DNA of 64,000 nt, from positions 81,184 through 145,183 of the forward strand of contig DHVT01000026.1 of assembly GCA_002412775.1 (NCBI GenBank), read 5' to 3'. Source of the DNA: Firmicutes bacterium UBA5201. GTDB taxonomy: Bacteria; Bacillota; Clostridia; Peptostreptococcales; Acidaminobacteraceae. A program made the position numbers and the translations under genes. Numbering within the stretch: the stretch's first letter is position 1; each line of letters opens with the position of its first letter. Under the pieces are notes generated by a model. That model did no database searches. It was not told the DNA's origin and was given only the letters and a program-made list of their open reading frames with translations. Below, one piece after another: positions 35,530 to 44,528 of this stretch.

Positions 35530-36561
35530 ATGATCAACGTCAATAAGGAATACTTTTATGACACTCTCAAAACACTGCTCATGACCGACAGTCCGAGTGG
35601 TTTCACCATGACTATCATGGAACAGATCAAAACGTGGACTGAAGCTCTCGGATACCATTATGACACCACACAAAAAGGAACGGCGGTCATTACCATCGAA
35701 GGCGAAGACAACACAAAAACAGTCGGCCTCTCCGCTCATGTCGATACACTTGGCGCCATGGTCAGAAGCGTCTCAGCCACTGGGCTTTTAAAGTTTTCGT
35801 TGGTGGGTGGACCCATCGTGCCTACGCTCGACAGTGAATACTGTAGGATCCACACGCGTGAGGGCAAAGTGTACACCGGAACATTTCTGAGCACTTCCCC
35901 CTCATCCCATGTACATAAGGATGCCGCAAGTCTTCAAAGGACACCGGATACAATGGAAATCCGTTTGGACGAAAATGTAAACAACAAACAGGATGTCCTC
36001 GATTTGGGAATTTCCGTTGGAGATTTTGTTTGCATTGACCCGAAAACCACAATCATCAACGATTTCGTCAAATCTAGATTTATTGATGACAAAGGGTCTG
36101 TAGCATGTATTTTCGGTGTGATGGAATACCTGTCCACCAGTAGCATCAAACCTAAATATCAAACCAAAATTGTAATATCGGCATATGAGGAAGTCGGTCA
36201 CGGCGCTTCCTATCTTCCCGGTGACATCACTGAAATGTTGGCGGTGGATATGGGCTGTATTGGCGATGACCTCACCTGCACTGAATACGATGTCTCCATT
36301 TGCGCCAAGGATTCAAGCGGTCCCTATGATTACCATATGACCTCAAAACTGATTGAGCTCTCCAAACTCCACGGCCTTAAGTTCGCTGTGGATATTTACC
36401 CGTTCTATGGCTCGGATGTCAGTGCTGCACTAAGGGCCGGCAACAATATCAAAGGCGCCCTGGTAGGGCCTGGTGTCCATGCATCCCATGGTATGGAGCG
36501 CACGCATTACTCCGCTCTTGAGAACACAATGAAATTGGTTTATTTATATCTTACCGCATGA
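35530..36561 (+). CDS. M42 family aminopeptidase (glutamyl aminopeptidase/FrvX-like)
   Basis: GLSAHVDTLGAMV, FIDDKGSVA and YEEVGHGAS match M42 metal-site motifs. Confidence 0.85.
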   Translation: MINVNKEYFYDTLKTLLMTDSPSGFTMTIMEQIKTWTEALGYHYDTTQKGTAVITIEGEDNTKTVGLSAHVDTLGAMVRSVSATGLLKFSLVGGPIVPTLDSEYCRIHTREGKVYTGTFLSTSPSSHVHKDAASLQRTPDTMEIRLDENVNNKQDVLDLGISVGDFVCIDPKTTIINDFVKSRFIDDKGSVACIFGVMEYLSTSSIKPKYQTKIVISAYEEVGHGASYLPGDITEMLAVDMGCIGDDLTCTEYDVSICAKDSSGPYDYHMTSKLIELSKLHGLKFAVDIYPFYGSDVSAALRAGNNIKGALVGPGVHASHGMERTHYSALENTMKLVYLYLTA

Positions 36562-36706
36562 CGATATGAGCAGATTTCCACATTGGGAGTCTGTTTTTTT
36601 TTATACAATCTTTTTCTAAATTGGTTTTAGCAATATAACATTAGGGTAAAAGTACTAAAATGCGAAAGGAGATGATTCTATCAAAAAGCAAATCTATTAT
36701 TTTCAA

Positions 36707-37168
36707 TTGGTTATGATCTTCACCATCTTTTGGATTGTCCTTTTCGAACGTGCAACGCCGTTCATCTTGTTCACTGCGCCTCTGATTTCCATATTTTCAA
36801 TCAAAATTTCTGAAAAATTCCTATTGAAGGACAGTTTCTATGAACTCTATTATTTCAATATCTTTTGGCTGATCAAATACAGTTTCTATCTGATCATTGA
36901 AATTTACAAATCCGGTTTGTCCATTATTCCAAATATTATATCCGGCCATTCCAATCCGGATATAGTGGAAATCTATACCGATTTGGACTCCAATCTGCAA
37001 GTGGCGCTACTCGCCAATTCCATTACGTTGACTCCTGGTACCATTACCATGGATGTTCATGGTCAACGTCTTAAGGTCCTTTGGATGGATCCCAAAACGA
37101 AAAACGTCACTATGGCGGGTATAATGATCAAAGGTCGTCTTGAAAAATTGCTGAAGGAGGTTCTATGA
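36707..37168 (+). CDS. mrpE: Mrp/Mnh antiporter subunit E (MbhA-like)
   Basis: LANSITLTPGTITMDV...LKVLWMD matches the MnhE signature. The start is uncertain: TTG 36707, ATG 36713, or a non-canonical upstream start after AAAGGAG. Confidence 0.75.
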   Translation: MVMIFTIFWIVLFERATPFILFTAPLISIFSIKISEKFLLKDSFYELYYFNIFWLIKYSFYLIIEIYKSGLSIIPNIISGHSNPDIVEIYTDLDSNLQVALLANSITLTPGTITMDVHGQRLKVLWMDPKTKNVTMAGIMIKGRLEKLLKEVL

Positions 37169-37416
37169 CTTTTGCAGTGTTCGCTTTAATCATTTTTTCA
37201 TTGCTTAGTGCCTTTAGGGTTTTGATCGGCCCTACCCTTTGGGATCGACTTCTTGGCCTCAATCTGGTCACATCAAAACTCATAGTCCTCATCATTTTGA
37301 TGGCTTGTCTGAGAGAAGAAAGCTTCTTGCTCGATATGGCATTGGTCTACGCGCTGCTCAGCTTTATCGGAATAATATTCATCTCGATATACATTCAAAG
37401 AAAGGGGCGATTCTGA
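37165..37416 (+). CDS. mrpF: Mrp/Mnh antiporter subunit F (MbhB-like)
   Basis: FRVLIGPTLWDRLLGLNLV is the MnhF motif. Overlaps the neighbouring genes by 4 nt and 1 nt. Confidence 0.8.
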   Translation: MTFAVFALIIFSLLSAFRVLIGPTLWDRLLGLNLVTSKLIVLIILMACLREESFLLDMALVYALLSFIGIIFISIYIQRKGRF

Positions 37417-37709
37417 TGAGAGATCTCATAAGCGGTATCATCATATTCATAGGCATTTCATTTGTTGGACTCGGGATCATCGGCATCTATCGTTTCAACA
37501 ATTTCTATTCCAGGGCTTTGGTTGCTTCAAAAGTAGATACTGTCGGCTATATCACCATTATTCTTGGTGTTATGATTCGACATGGTTTTTCATATTTCAC
37601 AATGAAAGTGTTTTTCATTTTATTGATCACGCTCATAATCAATCCTTTGATCACGCACTCTGTAGTAAGGTCCGCTTTTATCAGCGGTTATAAACTGAGA
37701 AAGGAGTAA
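37416..37709 (+). CDS. mrpG: Mrp/Mnh antiporter subunit G (MbhC-like)
   Basis: The internal start MRDLISGIIIF sits at an ATGA overlap with the mrpF stop. GIIGIYRFNNFYSRALVASKVDTVG is the MnhG motif. Confidence 0.8.
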   Translation: MRDLISGIIIFIGISFVGLGIIGIYRFNNFYSRALVASKVDTVGYITIILGVMIRHGFSYFTMKVFFILLITLIINPLITHSVVRSAFISGYKLRKE

Positions 37710-37711
37710 AC

Positions 37712-38266
37712 ATGCTTGAATTGACACTTCTGCTTCTGGTCGTTCTATCCATTGCAGCACTTCAGACGCGATCACTGCGAAATGCCGTGATTTATTTGGG
37801 TGTGTTTTCTCTGGCGATTTCTTTTGTCTATCTGCTTTATCACGCGCCCGATGTGGCAATAGCTGAAGCCGTTATCGGAAGCACGATCGCAACCATTCTT
37901 TATCTCGTCGCACTTCAAAAATATAAGATTTTCACCATTTATTATCGTTTGCAGGACTCTGAAGTTGAAGACACCCATTATTTTTCCAGATACAAACTTC
38001 AGTTGGTCAAGTCTCTTGAAAAATTCTGCACAAAGCAGGAACTTGAGGCTCAAATCATCTATTCATTGGAAGAGCTGGATGATATCCTGACGAAGCACCA
38101 ATATGCCCTGATCATTGAGGAACATGAGGATTTCATTTCGATTTATGCCCACCATGAAAATTATATGCTCGACAAATTGGAGTTTTTTTTGGACAATGAG
38201 CCGGCTTTCATCAGGCCTTACCGAATTGTCAAAATGGAAGAGATTGAAGGAGAGGTGATGGAATGA
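37712..38266 (+). CDS. DUF4040/MbhD-like membrane subunit fused to a ~105-aa acidic soluble C-terminal extension
   Basis: The N-terminal 75 aa (RNAVIYLGVFSLAISFVYLLYHAPDVAIAEAVIGSTIATILYLVAL) match the MrpA-C/MbhD pattern. The remainder (YYRLQDSEVEDTHYF...MEEIEGEVME) has no TM helix. Confidence 0.7.
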   Translation: MLELTLLLLVVLSIAALQTRSLRNAVIYLGVFSLAISFVYLLYHAPDVAIAEAVIGSTIATILYLVALQKYKIFTIYYRLQDSEVEDTHYFSRYKLQLVKSLEKFCTKQELEAQIIYSLEELDDILTKHQYALIIEEHEDFISIYAHHENYMLDKLEFFLDNEPAFIRPYRIVKMEEIEGEVME

Positions 38267-38532
38267 GACGAAAACTCATTACAGTTCTTTTGATTGCGGC
38301 TGGAACCTTGACCCTCTATCATTCGCTTCAAATCGAGCCGCTGCAGACACTTCCGATGGCGGAATACTACATTGACAACAGCTATATTTTGACCGGTGCT
38401 TCCAATGTCGTCACTTCTGTCTATCTTTATTTCCGTTACTACGACACAATATTTGAGGCATTGATGCTGCTTTTCAGTATCATCGGTGTCATTTATATGT
38501 CTATTCACGAAGGGGAGGATTATAATGACTGA
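38263..38532 (+). CDS. MbhE-like small membrane subunit (N-terminal part of MnhB)
   Basis: TGASNVVTSVYLYFRYYDTIFEALMLL resembles the MnhB GA-N-VT...YRG-DT-GE motif. ATGA overlap with the previous gene. Confidence 0.65.
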   Translation: MRRKLITVLLIAAGTLTLYHSLQIEPLQTLPMAEYYIDNSYILTGASNVVTSVYLYFRYYDTIFEALMLLFSIIGVIYMSIHEGEDYND

Positions 38533-38911
38533 GCACTCCACACTATTATCCAAAACACTCGGATTTGTATTCCCTTTCATTTTGATTTTTGGGATATATA
38601 TGATCTCCAATGGTCATGTCACTCCTGGTGGAGGGTTTCAAGGTGGTGCGGTATTGGCAGCAGTGTTCATCTGCAAATATCTCGTTATTCCACTTAAAGA
38701 CATCAGTCTTTACAAGGTCCAGTGGGTCGAAAAACTGGCGCTCATATTCATCATATTATTGGCCATCGGTTTTATAGCAACGGGATTGAATGTGAGATTT
38801 GACTTTTTCACTCCTTATTATATGATACTAATGAATATTTTGATCGGCCTTAAAGTCGCTTGCGGCATGACAATTATCTTTTATCGTTTTGTATACTATG
38901 AATCCAGGTGA
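38525..38911 (+). CDS. mrpB: Mrp/Mnh antiporter subunit B (MbhF-like)
   Basis: ATG 38525 follows GGGGAGG. HVTPGGGFQGGAVLAA is the MnhB signature. Confidence 0.75.
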   Translation: MTEHSTLLSKTLGFVFPFILIFGIYMISNGHVTPGGGFQGGAVLAAVFICKYLVIPLKDISLYKVQWVEKLALIFIILLAIGFIATGLNVRFDFFTPYYMILMNILIGLKVACGMTIIFYRFVYYESR

Positions 38912-38915
38912 GGCT

Positions 38916-39278
38916 ATGATCCAAAAAATCATTAATGGCGAAAACATAAGCATATTGTTGTTTTTTATTGGCGTCTATGGGGTTTGTGCCAGAAGGAACA
39001 TATTCAAGACCATCATGGGACTTAGCATCATGCAAGCGGGATTGGTGCTCTTTTTCCTGTCGATTCATGCCATGGAAGGCGCTGTTCCACCTATTGGCAA
39101 GGACATCATGAATGCGGCGGTCGTATCCGACCCGGTTCCACAAGCATTGATGATCACAGCGGTTGTTGTTGGAATTTCAACCACAGCGGTCAGTTTGACC
39201 ATGTTCATCTCTCTCTACCATAAATATGGAACCACCAACTGGGTTAAAGTCAAAAAGAAGCGAGGTGAAATGGATTGA
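38916..39278 (+). CDS. mrpC: Mrp/Mnh antiporter subunit C (NuoK-like, MbhG-like)
   Basis: ATG 38916 follows AGGTGAGG. GVYGVCARRNIFKTIMGLSIMQAGLVLFF is the NuoK/MnhC pattern. Confidence 0.8.
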   Translation: MIQKIINGENISILLFFIGVYGVCARRNIFKTIMGLSIMQAGLVLFFLSIHAMEGAVPPIGKDIMNAAVVSDPVPQALMITAVVVGISTTAVSLTMFISLYHKYGTTNWVKVKKKRGEMD

Positions 39279-40879
39279 CACCACACTTACTCATGTTCAT
39301 AATGTTTCCGATTACAATCGGACTGCTTTTGTACATTCTAAAACATCGTTTGGTCAAGATTATTGCAGTAGCCACTGAAATACTCCTTTTTTCCATGAGT
39401 CTTTGGTATATCCTTAACATTGGTGACCAATCGATCATGATGCTTCTTGTCAATGCGCCTTTGCCATATGGCATGGCACTAAGAATCGATCAGTTGTCTG
39501 CGACAATGCTGCTGCTCAATAATTTCCTGTTTCTATGTATGGTTGTCTATAGTTTGAAACGCCCTTACATGAACAGACTGTTCATATTCTTGTTTCTGAG
39601 CCTTCAAGGTATGATCAACGCTCTTTTTCTATCCACGGACTTTTTCAATGTTTATATTTTAATCGAAGTGGCGACAATCGCCGTCAGTATTTTGATCATG
39701 TACAAGAAAGACAGCCAATCCATGTATGACGGTATGATCTACCTGCTCGTGAACATGGTCGCAATGGGATTCTTTTTGCTCGGTATAGGCTTTCTATATA
39801 AGACATTCGGTGTCCTCGATTTTGTGACCATTGAAAGTATGATTCCCAATCTTGAGAATAAGAGGGTCATGTTGCTTCCATTCTCTCTCCTTATTACCGG
39901 TGTGAGTCTCAAAGCGGCCTTGATGCCGCTGTTCAGCTGGCTTCCGAAGGCCCACGGTACAGCAAGTGCGCCAGCGGTTGTATCCGCTATACTTTCAGGT
40001 ATTTTTGTGAAGGTCGGCGTTTATCTGTTGATTCGTATGATGTCCATTTTCTCTGTCGCCATCGATCTGCAAAGTTTTTTTCTGGTCTTGGGATTTCTCA
40101 CCGCACTTTCCGGTTTCATGTTTGCGATGTCACAAACTGACATCAAACTGATTCTTGCCTATCATACGATTTCCCAAATTGGCCTGATTCTGATTGGAAT
40201 CAGCGGAATGAGAGACCAGAACAATTTCGGGGGTGTTTATCACATTCTGAGTCACGGTGTGTTCAAATCACTGTTTTTCCTGGTCAGCGGGATTTTGGTT
40301 CAGCATTTCAAGACTAGAAAGATCAAAAATATGACTGGACTATGGCAGTCCTCAAAACTGGTTTCAATCGTATTGATGTTCGCGATCCTCAGCATAACAG
40401 GCGCCCCATTCTTCAGTGGCGGTTACTCCAAATATTTCATCACCTATGGGTATGATAACGCCGTGCTCAAATGGTTGTTCGTCATCATCAACGCAGGTAC
40501 CATGGCCTCTTTCATCAAGTTCTTCAGGGTGATTTTCTCGAAGCCACTGGGCAAACCCGAAAAATTGAATGTCGACGTGAACCAGAAAGTTGTCATCATG
40601 ACGATGGCAGCGGCTTGCTTTCTTTTGGGATTCGGAGGCGATCTGATCACAAATACCATTCATCACCAACCGTACACTTTTAACGCCTTGTCCCAAATCA
40701 CCAAATTGCCCATCTATCTCATCACATATCTTATGAGTTATATGGTTTTTCGGTACGTACTTGAGAACAGCAAGGCGCTCAAATTCATCAAAAGCATTGA
40801 ACTCTCGTTCAACAGCATCAATTTGGCCATAGTCAGCTTTTTCTTCGCGACCTTGGCTTACCTCACAATTACATTCTAA
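39275..40879 (+). CDS. mrpD: Mrp/Mnh antiporter subunit D (NuoM/N-type proton-translocating subunit, MbhH-like)
   Basis: 534-aa polytopic protein. MPLFSWLPKAHGTASAPAVVSAILSGIFVKVGVY is a typical antiporter-like-subunit motif. The TTG start overlaps the mrpC stop; an alternative ATG is at 39293. Confidence 0.85.
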   Translation: MTPHLLMFIMFPITIGLLLYILKHRLVKIIAVATEILLFSMSLWYILNIGDQSIMMLLVNAPLPYGMALRIDQLSATMLLLNNFLFLCMVVYSLKRPYMNRLFIFLFLSLQGMINALFLSTDFFNVYILIEVATIAVSILIMYKKDSQSMYDGMIYLLVNMVAMGFFLLGIGFLYKTFGVLDFVTIESMIPNLENKRVMLLPFSLLITGVSLKAALMPLFSWLPKAHGTASAPAVVSAILSGIFVKVGVYLLIRMMSIFSVAIDLQSFFLVLGFLTALSGFMFAMSQTDIKLILAYHTISQIGLILIGISGMRDQNNFGGVYHILSHGVFKSLFFLVSGILVQHFKTRKIKNMTGLWQSSKLVSIVLMFAILSITGAPFFSGGYSKYFITYGYDNAVLKWLFVIINAGTMASFIKFFRVIFSKPLGKPEKLNVDVNQKVVIMTMAAACFLLGFGGDLITNTIHHQPYTFNALSQITKLPIYLITYLMSYMVFRYVLENSKALKFIKSIELSFNSINLAIVSFFFATLAYLTITF

Positions 40880-40897
40880 AGCGCTAAGACATAGAAT

Positions 40898-40930
40898 AAG
40901 GGCCTCGCTGCATATACAGCGAAGCCCTTT
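40898..40930. terminator. Bidirectional terminator-like hairpin between mrpD and degV
   Basis: AAGGGCCTCGCTG-CATATA-CAGCGAAGCCCTT. Confidence 0.65.
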
Positions 40931-40944
40931 ATATATTTCCGATA

Positions 40945-41787
40945 TTATTTCTTGAAATAGACCAAACCTACAGCACCTTCTCCGGTATGTGTTCCGACAA
41001 CAGAGCCGATTTCGCTTTCATAAATGGTATCCACTTTAATGGATTTGAGAATCAACTGTCTGAATTCTTCCATTTTTTCAAGATTGTTGGCATGTGCTAT
41101 GCCGATCACATCCACCTTGCCCTCAGGATACTCCTCCAGCAATTTATCCAGCATCCAGTTCATGCCTTTTTTGCTGCCTCGAACTTTTGCTGCCATACCT
41201 ACAAGCCCATCTTTGGTTTCAATGATTGGTTTTAGGTTGAGCATCTTGCCGATCATGGCGCTGCCGGACGACAATCGGCCACCTTTTTTGAGGTTTTCAA
41301 GAGTATCCAACATACCGTACAGTTGCGTTTTGTTTATTTTTTCATTCATGGCTTCAACGATTTCTTCGACCGAAAGTCCTTGATCGACAAAACCGATCAA
41401 AGTATTCAAAAGCAGTCCCAAACCAAAACTGGTTGTTCTGGCATCGATCAGTGTGATATTTTCACTGGAAGTCATTTCTTTGGCAATCACCGCCGATTGA
41501 TACGTTCCACTCAACTCTGAAGATAAAAAGAGTCCGATCACATGATTGCCGGCTTTCAACTCCTCTTCGAAAAGCTCATGAAATTCGTTGGGATTGACTT
41601 GTGATGTGGATGGTAAAGTCTCAGAAGTCTTCATTTTTCCGTAGAATTCCGGATTTGTCAAATCAATTTTGTCCACATACTCTCCGTCAGGGAACAATAC
41701 TTTCAGAGGTGCGAACTTGATGCCTTTTGCACTCAGTTCTTCCGGTGCGATGTCACATGTGCTGTCAGTGATCAATGTAATTTTCAT
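40945..41787 (-). CDS. DegV-family fatty-acid-binding protein
   Basis: ATG 41787 follows AAAGGAG. KITLITDSTCDI is the DegV N-terminal signature. Confidence 0.9.
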   Translation of the reverse strand: MKITLITDSTCDIAPEELSAKGIKFAPLKVLFPDGEYVDKIDLTNPEFYGKMKTSETLPSTSQVNPNEFHELFEEELKAGNHVIGLFLSSELSGTYQSAVIAKEMTSSENITLIDARTTSFGLGLLLNTLIGFVDQGLSVEEIVEAMNEKINKTQLYGMLDTLENLKKGGRLSSGSAMIGKMLNLKPIIETKDGLVGMAAKVRGSKKGMNWMLDKLLEEYPEGKVDVIGIAHANNLEKMEEFRQLILKSIKVDTIYESEIGSVVGTHTGEGAVGLVYFKK

Positions 41788-41850
41788 AAAATTCTCCTTT
41801 ACTTTGATATTCAATTATTTTGATATTCAAACTATATGGTTAAAAAAAAT

Positions 41851-42309
41851 TCATTTGTACTTCTTGTTGAAATAGTCAGTGAGTTTGGAGAGCACATCTA
41901 CAAGAACATCGCTCTCTTTCTCTGTCAGTACTTCCATTGTGTAATCAATCATTTCCTTGTGAAACAGTTCGTGATGTTTGAACGCATTCCTGCCCAGTTC
42001 TGAAAGGTGGATCAGAACCACTCTTCGATCCACTTCACTTCGCTCTCTGATCACATACCCCTTCTTGACCAGATTGTTCATGGAAACAGTCAGTGTGCCA
42101 ACTGTGACATCCAGCCTGCCGGCTATAGAGGACATAGGCAAAGTTTGGTCTAAGCCAATCGCCTCGACGACATGCAGCTCACTGATGCTCAAATTGTTAT
42201 AAGGGCCTGTTTTCAAAGCCTTTTCTTCTATATGCAATATGTGATTGAACAGATCCACCAACAGGTGATTGATGACGGTTCTTTTTTTATCGGTCATGTC
42301 TGTCTCCAT
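41851..42309 (-). CDS. MarR-family transcriptional regulator
   Basis: Winged-helix region ISELHVVEAIG...MSSIAGRLDVTVGTLTVSMNNLVKKGYVIRERSEVDRRVVLIHLSELG. Confidence 0.8.
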   Translation of the reverse strand: METDMTDKKRTVINHLLVDLFNHILHIEEKALKTGPYNNLSISELHVVEAIGLDQTLPMSSIAGRLDVTVGTLTVSMNNLVKKGYVIRERSEVDRRVVLIHLSELGRNAFKHHELFHKEMIDYTMEVLTEKESDVLVDVLSKLTDYFNKKYK

Positions 42310-42311
42310 TT

Positions 42312-42330
42312 ACTTTGAAATTCAAACTAT
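42312..42330. promoter_or_regulatory. Operator-like motif ACTTTGAAATTCAAACTAT upstream of marR (related copies at 41801-41814 and 41818-41835)
   Basis: TTTGAAATTCAAACTAT (42314-30) and TTTGATATTCAAACTAT (41819-35) differ at one base. Each contains a TTGA...TCAA inverted repeat. Confidence 0.5.
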
Positions 42331-42357
42331 TCTATATTCATTATAAAGAGTTTGACA

Positions 42358-43722
42358 TTAGTTGTCAATCTTTTGGTCTTTGATTTTAAACCGCATCATC
42401 AAAATCGCAATGGGAAAAGAGATCCAGTTGAATATGGTGTAGGGTGCATACTGAAGCGCACCGACACCTGTAATGGCGAGTATTATGATGGCGTTGACAT
42501 TCCACGGCATAAGTGGTGCGAATGCAGTACCGCTGTTCGCAATGACTTGGCCGAGGTCCGCTTCGTTCAGACCATGTTTTTTGAAGGCCGTCTTCAGATA
42601 TTTTCCGGGAATGATGATTCCAACAGTCTGATCGCAAGTCAGAGCATTGAGCGCGATGGACAACAGACCTGAATAAGTTCCAAGCTGAACCTTGGTTTGA
42701 CTTTTTTCAGTTACCCAAAACGCTATTGGCTTCACCCAACCGCATTCGTCGTATATTTTACTCATGGAAACCCCCGCCATGATGATGAAAACCACTTCCA
42801 CCATGGCGTATGCGCCTCCAATCTGAAGCGACTGGATCAACACGCCATCGGATACGGTTGAGTAACCGAATACAGAATACTTGAGCATTTCCATGATGGT
42901 ATTGCCCTGGACAAATATTCCGAGCAGGAGTCCCATCACAATACCGATTCCGAGTACAGTGTTCGTTTTCGCACCTCTGAAACTGATCCAAAGGACAATG
43001 AACGGCACTATGAAGAAAAATGGAGACACCGCGAAATTATCCAGCAACTGGACACGGTAAAACAGGATTTCCGATGCTGAAATGGTCTGTGTCAACTTTT
43101 CACCCATGAACAGATAGAAAAATGAGGATAACACAAATGCCGGCATCATCGTGAATCCGGTTTTTTTGAAATAATGCTTAAATTTGACGCCTACTGTCTC
43201 TGTTGTGAAATTGACGAGAGCAGAAATCGGTGAAAGCCTGTCCGCAACATAAGCCCCTGAAAGCAATGCACCGACCAATAGCGCTTCCGGTATGCCCACA
43301 CTGATTCCAAGCGAAAACAGCGCAACTCCAATAGTGCTTAATGTGCCGAGTCCAGTTCCCAAAAAAAAGGAGACCACAGCCGTCATCAAAAATGCGAAAA
43401 GCAGAAAATTGACCTTGTCTATAATATCAAAACCATAGTAGATGAGTGTGGGGACAATACCCGATGCAATCCACATGGACACGTTGATCCCGATCATTAG
43501 AATAATGCTGTAGATGCCTTTGACACTTAGGATCCCCTCTTTGATCCATCCCAAGGTGGTTTTGAACGGCACTTTGTATCCTTTGAGGACACACATGGCA
43601 AACAATAACGTGCCCAAGAGACCGAAAACCAATGAAATTCCAATGAATAGACATGTGATGATGCTTGTTGTGAACACGATTGCTATTATGACGCCCCAAC
43701 GCTTTGGTAAACTGAGTTCCAT
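42358..43722 (-). CDS. nhaC: NhaC-family Na+/H+ antiporter
   Basis: About 455-aa polytopic membrane protein with overall NhaC-like composition. ATG 43722 follows AAGGTGG; an alternative start is ATG 43737. Confidence 0.65.
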   Translation of the reverse strand: MELSLPKRWGVIIAIVFTTSIITCLFIGISLVFGLLGTLLFAMCVLKGYKVPFKTTLGWIKEGILSVKGIYSIILMIGINVSMWIASGIVPTLIYYGFDIIDKVNFLLFAFLMTAVVSFFLGTGLGTLSTIGVALFSLGISVGIPEALLVGALLSGAYVADRLSPISALVNFTTETVGVKFKHYFKKTGFTMMPAFVLSSFFYLFMGEKLTQTISASEILFYRVQLLDNFAVSPFFFIVPFIVLWISFRGAKTNTVLGIGIVMGLLLGIFVQGNTIMEMLKYSVFGYSTVSDGVLIQSLQIGGAYAMVEVVFIIMAGVSMSKIYDECGWVKPIAFWVTEKSQTKVQLGTYSGLLSIALNALTCDQTVGIIIPGKYLKTAFKKHGLNEADLGQVIANSGTAFAPLMPWNVNAIIILAITGVGALQYAPYTIFNWISFPIAILMMRFKIKDQKIDN

Positions 43723-43828
43723 ATTTTCCACCTTCATAATGAGTCTTCAATTGATATTGTATAATATTTATATCAAATGAACCATTGCTTTTTTGCAAGA
43801 AACCATTTAAAATAAGAATACAGTCTTA

Positions 43829-43903
43829 GGGGATGTAGCTCAATGGGAGAGTACCAGGCTGGCAGTCTGGGTGTTGTGGGTTCGAGCCCCATCATCTCCA
43901 CCA
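43829..43903 (+). tRNA. tRNA-Ala (anticodon GGC), CCA encoded
   Basis: Manual cloverleaf. Acceptor GGGGATG/CATCTCC with the G3:U70 alanine identity pair. D arm GCTC/GAGT. Anticodon stem CCAGG/TCTGG with loop CTGGCAG. T arm GTGGG-TTCGAGC-CCCAT. Discriminator A plus CCA. Confidence 0.85.
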
Positions 43904-44209
43904 ATCAAAAAAACACCTTGTAACACCAATGGTTGCGGGGTGTTTTTTTCTATTTTGCTTCAAGGGATTTCTTATATACATATTATACAGCACAATGGAT
44001 TCTTCAAGTGTCTCTTTATCCACTTCATACAAAATCCCAGCAAAATAATATATGCCGTCATATGATATTACAAGATTACTTCTATGAACCTCATAAAATG
44101 ACATGTTACACCTCGAGTATTTGTTAATTAGTGTCCCATGATATTTTTCATATTTTTTCGAAGAAAAAAATGCTATTTTTAATAGCCACCCATTTGTCCT
44201 TTTGTTCAA
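43892..44209 (-). CDS. Hypothetical protein (doubtful ORF)
   Basis: The 105-aa ORF has a 3' end that runs through the tRNA terminator and 12 nt of the tRNA. AT-rich, with no recognisable motif. Confidence 0.2.
   Translation of the reverse strand: MNKRTNGWLLKIAFFSSKKYEKYHGTLINKYSRCNMSFYEVHRSNLVISYDGIYYFAGILYEVDKETLEESIVLYNMYIRNPLKQNRKKHPATIGVTRCFFDWWR
43907..43949 (+). terminator. Intrinsic terminator after tRNA-Ala
   Basis: AAAAACACC...GGGGTGTTTTTTT. Confidence 0.7.
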
Positions 44210-44528
44210 AATGAAAAACGGGAAAAACTTTCCCCGCTCAAATCAGTCTATCTCATAGGTTTCATTTGCATTTGGTACTAAAGGTTTTACCATTACTTCT
44301 CTTTTCTTTTTAAAATTCAATGATGGGAAGATCGCCTTGAATCAGTTGTTCTCCTAAATTGAGTTCTACATTTCGGGGAAGCTGAGTAATCACAACACGC
44401 CTGTCCTGGTGTAGGATTTCCTTGTTTGCATATCCGGATTTTATTCTTCAAAAAAAGGTATTGGCGGGATATCTTTTTCACAATACCCATTGATCATCAT
44501 AGTCATACAACTAAAATTCGAGTGATTC

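Noticed and set aside
37239-37709. 156-aa version of the mrpG ORF.
   Set aside because: The first 59 codons overlap mrpF in another frame. The MnhG homology begins at the internal ATG 37416, which overlaps the mrpF stop.
44210-44528. Fragmentary reading frames in the island's left non-coding stretch, for example ILHQDRRVVITQLPRNVELNLGEQLIQGDLPIIEF on the minus strand.
   Set aside because: They have no start codon or RBS and no motif I recognise. This is likely decayed DNA, and I cannot name a family.
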